The translations under genes and the position numbers were made by a program. Below, piece by piece: positions 59,097 through 64,000 of a DNA stretch of 64,000 nt (position 1 is the first letter of the stretch; each line of letters begins with the position of its first letter). The DNA lies in assembly GCA_004764695.1 (NCBI GenBank), contig SMSO01000014.1, positions 3,653,648 through 3,717,647 on the forward strand, written 5' to 3'. A model generated the notes under the pieces. That model saw only the letters and a list, made by a program, of their open reading frames with translations. It searched no databases and was not told where the DNA came from. The DNA is from Schizochytrium sp. TIO01 (taxonomy: Eukaryota > Protista > Bigyra: Labyrinthulomycetes).

Positions 59097-61667
59097 GGTG
59101 ATGTACCCTCACTTTGTTCTTACTCAACCGAGTTTTGGTTTTGCTGCTACTCGTGTAGAATCCTGCAACTACGTCCCTTTCGTTCAGTTCTAGAGGTATT
59201 ACTAGCGCTCTCATATATAAAAGCAAAAGTCTCTAGGATTCTTAAGTACCAGGCACGGGTGTTTTGTAGGTACCCATTCATCTTCCAGCCTGTTTACCAT
59301 CATGCGAGTCGTTCTACTGGTCGTAGATTCATAACCGAGCGCGGCATAATACTGGCAGCCACTCTGACATATCGCACAATTTCCACCCTGCACAGTGTAG
59401 AACAACTTGCAGGTGGAGTAAGGACCGCACAGCCATTCGATCAGAAGCTGGTACAGCAGTACGTAGGCAGGGGTGCCTCACCTTTTGGTCTATTCGCATC
59501 CATTCGCGCTGGCACTCCCTCCAGCGCACAACAGAAGCTGTAGGGCTTTCAAGGACCGATGCAAACTTTGCGGGCGAGGGCTACGCTGGAACTCCCCTTA
59601 GGCTCGAAATCACGATGCCATCCATGGTCACCACGACCTGAAAGAGGGAAAGCTCAAAAGCGTAGCTCTAGATTTGGAAGCGGGGTGTGCGAGTGTGTAC
59701 TATTTATCTTCAACAAGTTATTAGATCGATCACCACCTACACCCTCCTGCTTCTGGCACCGCCTTCTATGGAAACCAAAGTTATAAACGGTGCCTTGTCA
59801 ATTGCCGCAGCCTCTTTTGACACTATGGAGCCAAGCCTCGACTTCAAGCTTCTGAGTCCCGCGTGAATGAGATTCCATCGCGATCGTGATCATCAAGACC
59901 ATCGTTAAAGTGTTACAAAGAGCGGAGAACTAAGCTAAGAGCGCGTTAAATCTCCAGAGACTGCACAGCACAGGTGTACACCTAGTAGGTACGGTCTTCT
60001 AGATACTACTAGCGATATTCTTCGCGTCGCCAAGATCTTGTTCCTTTGCACGTCAGTCGTTCAATTGCAAGAACGGTCTCTAAATCTGTGAAAACTAAAC
60101 TGCTTTATCCTCCAGGTTATACATTCATCATAGCTGCTTGGCTTTAACTTTATGATCAAGGTACAGGTGAACCGCAGAACCTTTTAGGCACTGGCAGTCA
60201 GTCAGTCACCTGCTAGTACTTACCTACCTACCTACCTATGCACATCTGCTAACGAGCTAGCCAAAGCGGACATGCGACTGGTTCCGAGAAGCCAGCTGGA
60301 AATTGCCAGAGATCATAGGTTGAATTGCAGCTAAGTTATGTTCTTGGAAAGAACTTACAGCCATGCCTTCGGCATGAATTGAAATGAGGTGGTGAGCGGT
60401 TCTCGCTGGGCTAGCCAGTTTCTTGCAACAGTCGGGAACTATGGTCCACCTAACATTAATCACCTGCGAAACGAATTGTCTCCTCCTACCTGAGCATGAA
60501 CAGAGATGAAGGTATGATGACTCAAGCACGTGGCAATTGCGTAGCTGAGGGTCCGGTCAACATCCAATTCCCTCTTGGAATTTTGGGCTCGCTTGATATT
60601 CTTCAAGCTCAAGTCTGTCCTGAATAGGTGGGTATTTGGGTTTTGCATGGTGTGTATGTAATCTGCAGCTTCAAGCATCTGCCCAGGCTCAGATTGACGT
60701 TTTCAGTAAAGGTGACAGCAAGGTTCCATCAATTGTTTATGCCATCAATTGTCCATGTGCAACGAGCCTTACTAGTTGCAATACGCTTTGAAACAAAACA
60801 CTCTGCAGCACCAAAAGTAAAGAATAAACTCCTACAACACCTTAAAGTAGAGAGTGTGGCTGGGAGGATAAGATCTAATTAAGAACAGGGGCCTGGCCTG
60901 CAACAAACTTCAAGGGGCAGACAATCAAGAACAAGAAATGCGTGCGCCGGATACTAAATACCCCTACCTCTAACAGCCTCCAACAGCGCCAATACGTTCC
61001 CTTCATCCAAGCCCGGACGTCCTATAATACTATGATAGATAGCTGGAAGAAGCTATAACATAACAAGCAAAAAAAAGAGCAAAAAAACAGAAACAATCAA
61101 AACCGAACATGAATTATTTTATTCATGATGAGAAAGACAATGTGTAGTGGAGGGCAAATAATACAAACGAATTACACGCTCTCTCGCTCAAAAAGAAAAT
61201 TTCAAGCTGTGTGGAAACTGATTCTCAAAAGGCTGACACGGCTGACTTGGGTGACTCGGCTGACTCTGCGTCTGGCGATTTCTCGACTAGTAAGCGCAAT
61301 GCAGTAGTCTAAACAAAACTTATTCTGCAGCGGGAAGAATATGAGACTAGAACTAGCCAATGGCCGTTGCAGAATCGGGGAGTAGTCATAGACGGCTAAG
61401 GGGAGGCCGCACTGGTAAAGGTGCGCTCTCGTGGGTAAGAAATGCAGAATTGCAGTCGTGTGGCAGACGAGATTTTGAGAGCGTTGTCAGGAAATGCCAG
61501 TAATAGATAATGAGAGAGAGAGGAAAAAACGACGCTAGCGAGGAAGACAGCAATTCAGGCCACGTTCATCGATTGATGAAACGTGAGAGAATATCAAGGG
61601 TGTTATGCCTGGGCACCGGAGCACTGAACTGATTTGTTTTCTCTTTTCTTCACAGTGAGTGAATAAG

Positions 61668-63068
61668 CTAGCTGGAAACACATGCACTTCCATCAATAGC
61701 ATGAGCTGCAATGGCAGGAAATTGACCTGATTGCATCATTTTGCGACCGAGCATTTCAAGATGTTGTGCATAGGCAGTAAGACGCTCCCCGATAGCCGGT
61801 CCCAGTGACCCGTCTGCAAGGACATACTGGCCGATAGGTTCATTGCACGGTACAGAGAAAATTGATGTACACAAGGTACCATCCTCTTGTCGCACAGCAG
61901 GCCGAACGATCTGTCCGAGGAGAAAAGAGCGGTCTTTGGTAGACTCTTCTACGAGATTTGTTGGTGCAGTGATGCTGCAGCCAAGGAAGGCCTCTACGCG
62001 TTGTGTGTACTTGGTGCTTGGTCCATCAAAGCATGGCTCAAGCATAATTTTGGCCTCTGAGAAAAGTCGAGCGTCAGATTGACCACCTTTATCAGAGTTG
62101 TCAAATGCAATGATTTTGACACCTGATTGTGGCGCAGATGGAGTAATATCGCGAATTTTACCTGTGAACCCTTGGATATCGTGCTCTACACGATCAAGAA
62201 AGTCAGGGTCACTCAGGGAGCCCCAAATTACACGAAACATCTCTGCAGCATTTAAAAGGCAAAAGTGATCGCGAGCAGGCATATCGAAGCGCACCACAAC
62301 ACGACGTGCGGATTCGCGATCACATCCCAACGGAAGAAGCTGGTATCGAAAGCCGATGGTGTATGGAGCCTCAGGAAATAGCTTGAAGCGCCTACCTTCA
62401 AGCCAAGATTTGTCGTAGCACCCATAGCCAATACCAAGAACCTGCGCAACTGAAGAATCCTGGCATCCCCGCAGAAGCATAGCGGTTTCTTCGTCTGAGG
62501 CTTGGGTCTCGGCCTGTTCAACACCCTTCACAAGACGAGAAACAGAATTGCGCATTTTTTGCACCTGCATGCGCAAAAGTTCGTTTTCCATACGCAGACG
62601 CGCATCTGTGGTAAGGCCAGCACATCTCAGCGCTTCTACTTCTGATTGAAGATCTGCGATTCGGCTCATATAGATGTCCCGCTCCTCGACCATAGTGTCG
62701 ATGCGCTTCTGGAGTTCTTCACGTTCGATTTTCCTGCGAAGACGGTGACGTCTGCAAGCAGCTGCGTTATCGCCTCCGGAGGCCCGTTTACGCGACTTCT
62801 TCTCAGTGTGTGCCGCACCTTCACTGCTGTTGCTGCGATCGCCACTGCTGATGCTACTACTACTCCTAGTCATCTCGCGTGTCTTGATGTCCATGAACTT
62901 ATGTGCCCGACCTGGCATGTTTTCGTAGTCTTTGGAGAAACCATCGTACACGCTGGTCTCCGAATGCAAAGGACTATCTGTGTTGGTCATGGAATCTGCT
63001 GCGGAGCCTCCTGTGATGGCCACGTCAATCTCATTGGATCCGACTTCGTTTGTTGATTGCCAGTTCAT
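61668..63068 (-). CDS. bZIP transcription factor with uncharacterised C-terminal domain
   Basis: Basic region NAAACRRHRLRRK (N-x7-R) followed by a leucine zipper (LQKRIDTM..IADLQSEVEAL). First ATG at 63068. Confidence 0.85.
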   Translation of the reverse strand: MNWQSTNEVGSNEIDVAITGGSAADSMTNTDSPLHSETSVYDGFSKDYENMPGRAHKFMDIKTREMTRSSSSISSGDRSNSSEGAAHTEKKSRKRASGGDNAAACRRHRLRRKIEREELQKRIDTMVEERDIYMSRIADLQSEVEALRCAGLTTDARLRMENELLRMQVQKMRNSVSRLVKGVEQAETQASDEETAMLLRGCQDSSVAQVLGIGYGCYDKSWLEGRRFKLFPEAPYTIGFRYQLLPLGCDRESARRVVVRFDMPARDHFCLLNAAEMFRVIWGSLSDPDFLDRVEHDIQGFTGKIRDITPSAPQSGVKIIAFDNSDKGGQSDARLFSEAKIMLEPCFDGPSTKYTQRVEAFLGCSITAPTNLVEESTKDRSFLLGQIVRPAVRQEDGTLCTSIFSVPCNEPIGQYVLADGSLGPAIGERLTAYAQHLEMLGRKMMQSGQFPAIAAHAIDGSACVSS

Positions 63069-63362
63069 GGTTGAGTCCCGGGACCAGCGCCCGCCGGCCG
63101 GGATCGGGGCAAAGGGGGGCGAGATTTTCAAAGGGGGTTTGCGGCTCTTGCGGCTCGCTCGCAAGCTTGACTCGTCGCCAAGAACTCGGTAGCAAGATGT
63201 AATATGCTCCACTCTAAACCAATCTAATTCCACACAAAGTTTCTCCCAGGTGATTCTAAAGCAATAGAACTTGAATCGTGGGGCTCCTGCCACGATGTAT
63301 TGTTGCTTCACGCGTGTGAACAGCACCAAGCACAAGTTGAGCGGATTGATGCTGGCGGCAGT

Positions 63363-63392
63363 GATCCACTAGGATCCACTAGGATCCACTAG
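63363..63392. repeat. (GATCCACTAG)x3 tandem repeat upstream of the bZIP gene
   Basis: Three consecutive 10-bp units. Confidence 0.85.
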
Positions 63393-64000
63393 TAGGCCTT
63401 CGTAGCAAGGGCTCAATTTCCGTCGCGCTCCATGCACTGCGCAGGAAAATTGTAAATAACTTCGCAGAACCCAGCTGCGCTCAAAGCTTTGCCTTCTGGA
63501 ACCCCTTCTGGGTCGTGTACAAGTGGAGCAGAGACGAGCGGTCGCTTTCGTTCCGCTTTTGCCTTTTGCCTTTCGGCTTCTGCTTTTATGCTTTTGTTTC
63601 TCTCAACACGATTTCTCTAAAAATCGCAGAAAACAGAGTGCAACTTGAGAAGAAAGTGCTTTCAATCCAGTCTCCTTCGCCTCGGCGCGCCTCGCGTTGC
63701 CCACTACTCGCGGGGCCGAGGGCGGTGAGGGGCTGCTGCGAGTCGGTTCTAGACGGCTGCCGCTCGAGCAGGCCAAAGCGCCGGGCGCAAAGAGAGGGCG
63801 CAAAGAGCCGCGTTAGAGAAAGAGGACTGTTTGGCAGGCAAGCTTTCCGAGTCCTTTTTAATCTATTATTTCTTTCTGTCTGTGATAAAATTATGTTTTA
63901 CTTTCTCTTTCACTTCTTCTCTTCTTCTATTCTGTTGGTAATTAATTTCCTTTCAACTCTGTGATGACATCATCAAAAAAACGCTCTTTATTCTTCACTG

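Noticed and set aside
59211-59505. Upstream U-box/RING exon for the Vint gene
   Set aside because: No U-box or RING pattern in the frames examined; trial splices hit stops; 59096 has a good start context.
61125-61221. C/D box pair ATGATGA..CTGA
   Set aside because: No terminal stem or recognisable rRNA guide; lies on the opposite strand downstream of the bZIP gene.
1-64000. Intact transposon or endogenous virus
   Set aside because: No RT, integrase, transposase, capsid or polymerase ORF, and no LTR/TIR pair recognised by eye.

Overview
Eukaryotic nuclear DNA, most consistent with a thraustochytrid/labyrinthulomycete-type stramenopile. This taxonomic call is inferred from gene content, sparse GT-AG introns and microsatellite-rich spacers, and is not verified. 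There are about 14 protein-coding genes in two gene-dense blocks (12.7-26.7 kb and 35.3-63.1 kb). Block 1: YEATS/Yaf9, a frameshift-split tandem CREST/TMEM8-like membrane protein, a TPR-STI1 co-chaperone, an uncharacterised EEP phosphoesterase, a Gfo/Idh/MocA oxidoreductase ending in PTS1 (AKL), and a secreted GPI-type intradiol dioxygenase. Block 2: a bestrophin-like channel, RPL7 (11-nt first coding exon, 1.49-kb intron), 3-exon PRMT5, a polyQ/acidic coiled-coil protein, an ER FKBP, long-form tRNase Z, a VWA-Vwaint-Hint (Vint) autoprocessing protein and a bZIP factor. Two gene deserts (1-12.5 kb and 27-34.5 kb) are dense in microsatellites and contain decayed coding remnants, including an F-box pseudogene broken by a microsatellite insertion. 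Best leads: the duplicated CREST gene joined by a +1 frameshift at GTT-TGA-C, the Vint protein, the dioxygenase/peroxisomal dehydrogenase pair, a possible PCM1-like C-terminus, and TTCAAG/TTTGAA arrays. No rRNA, tRNA, CRISPR array or intact transposon was recognised.
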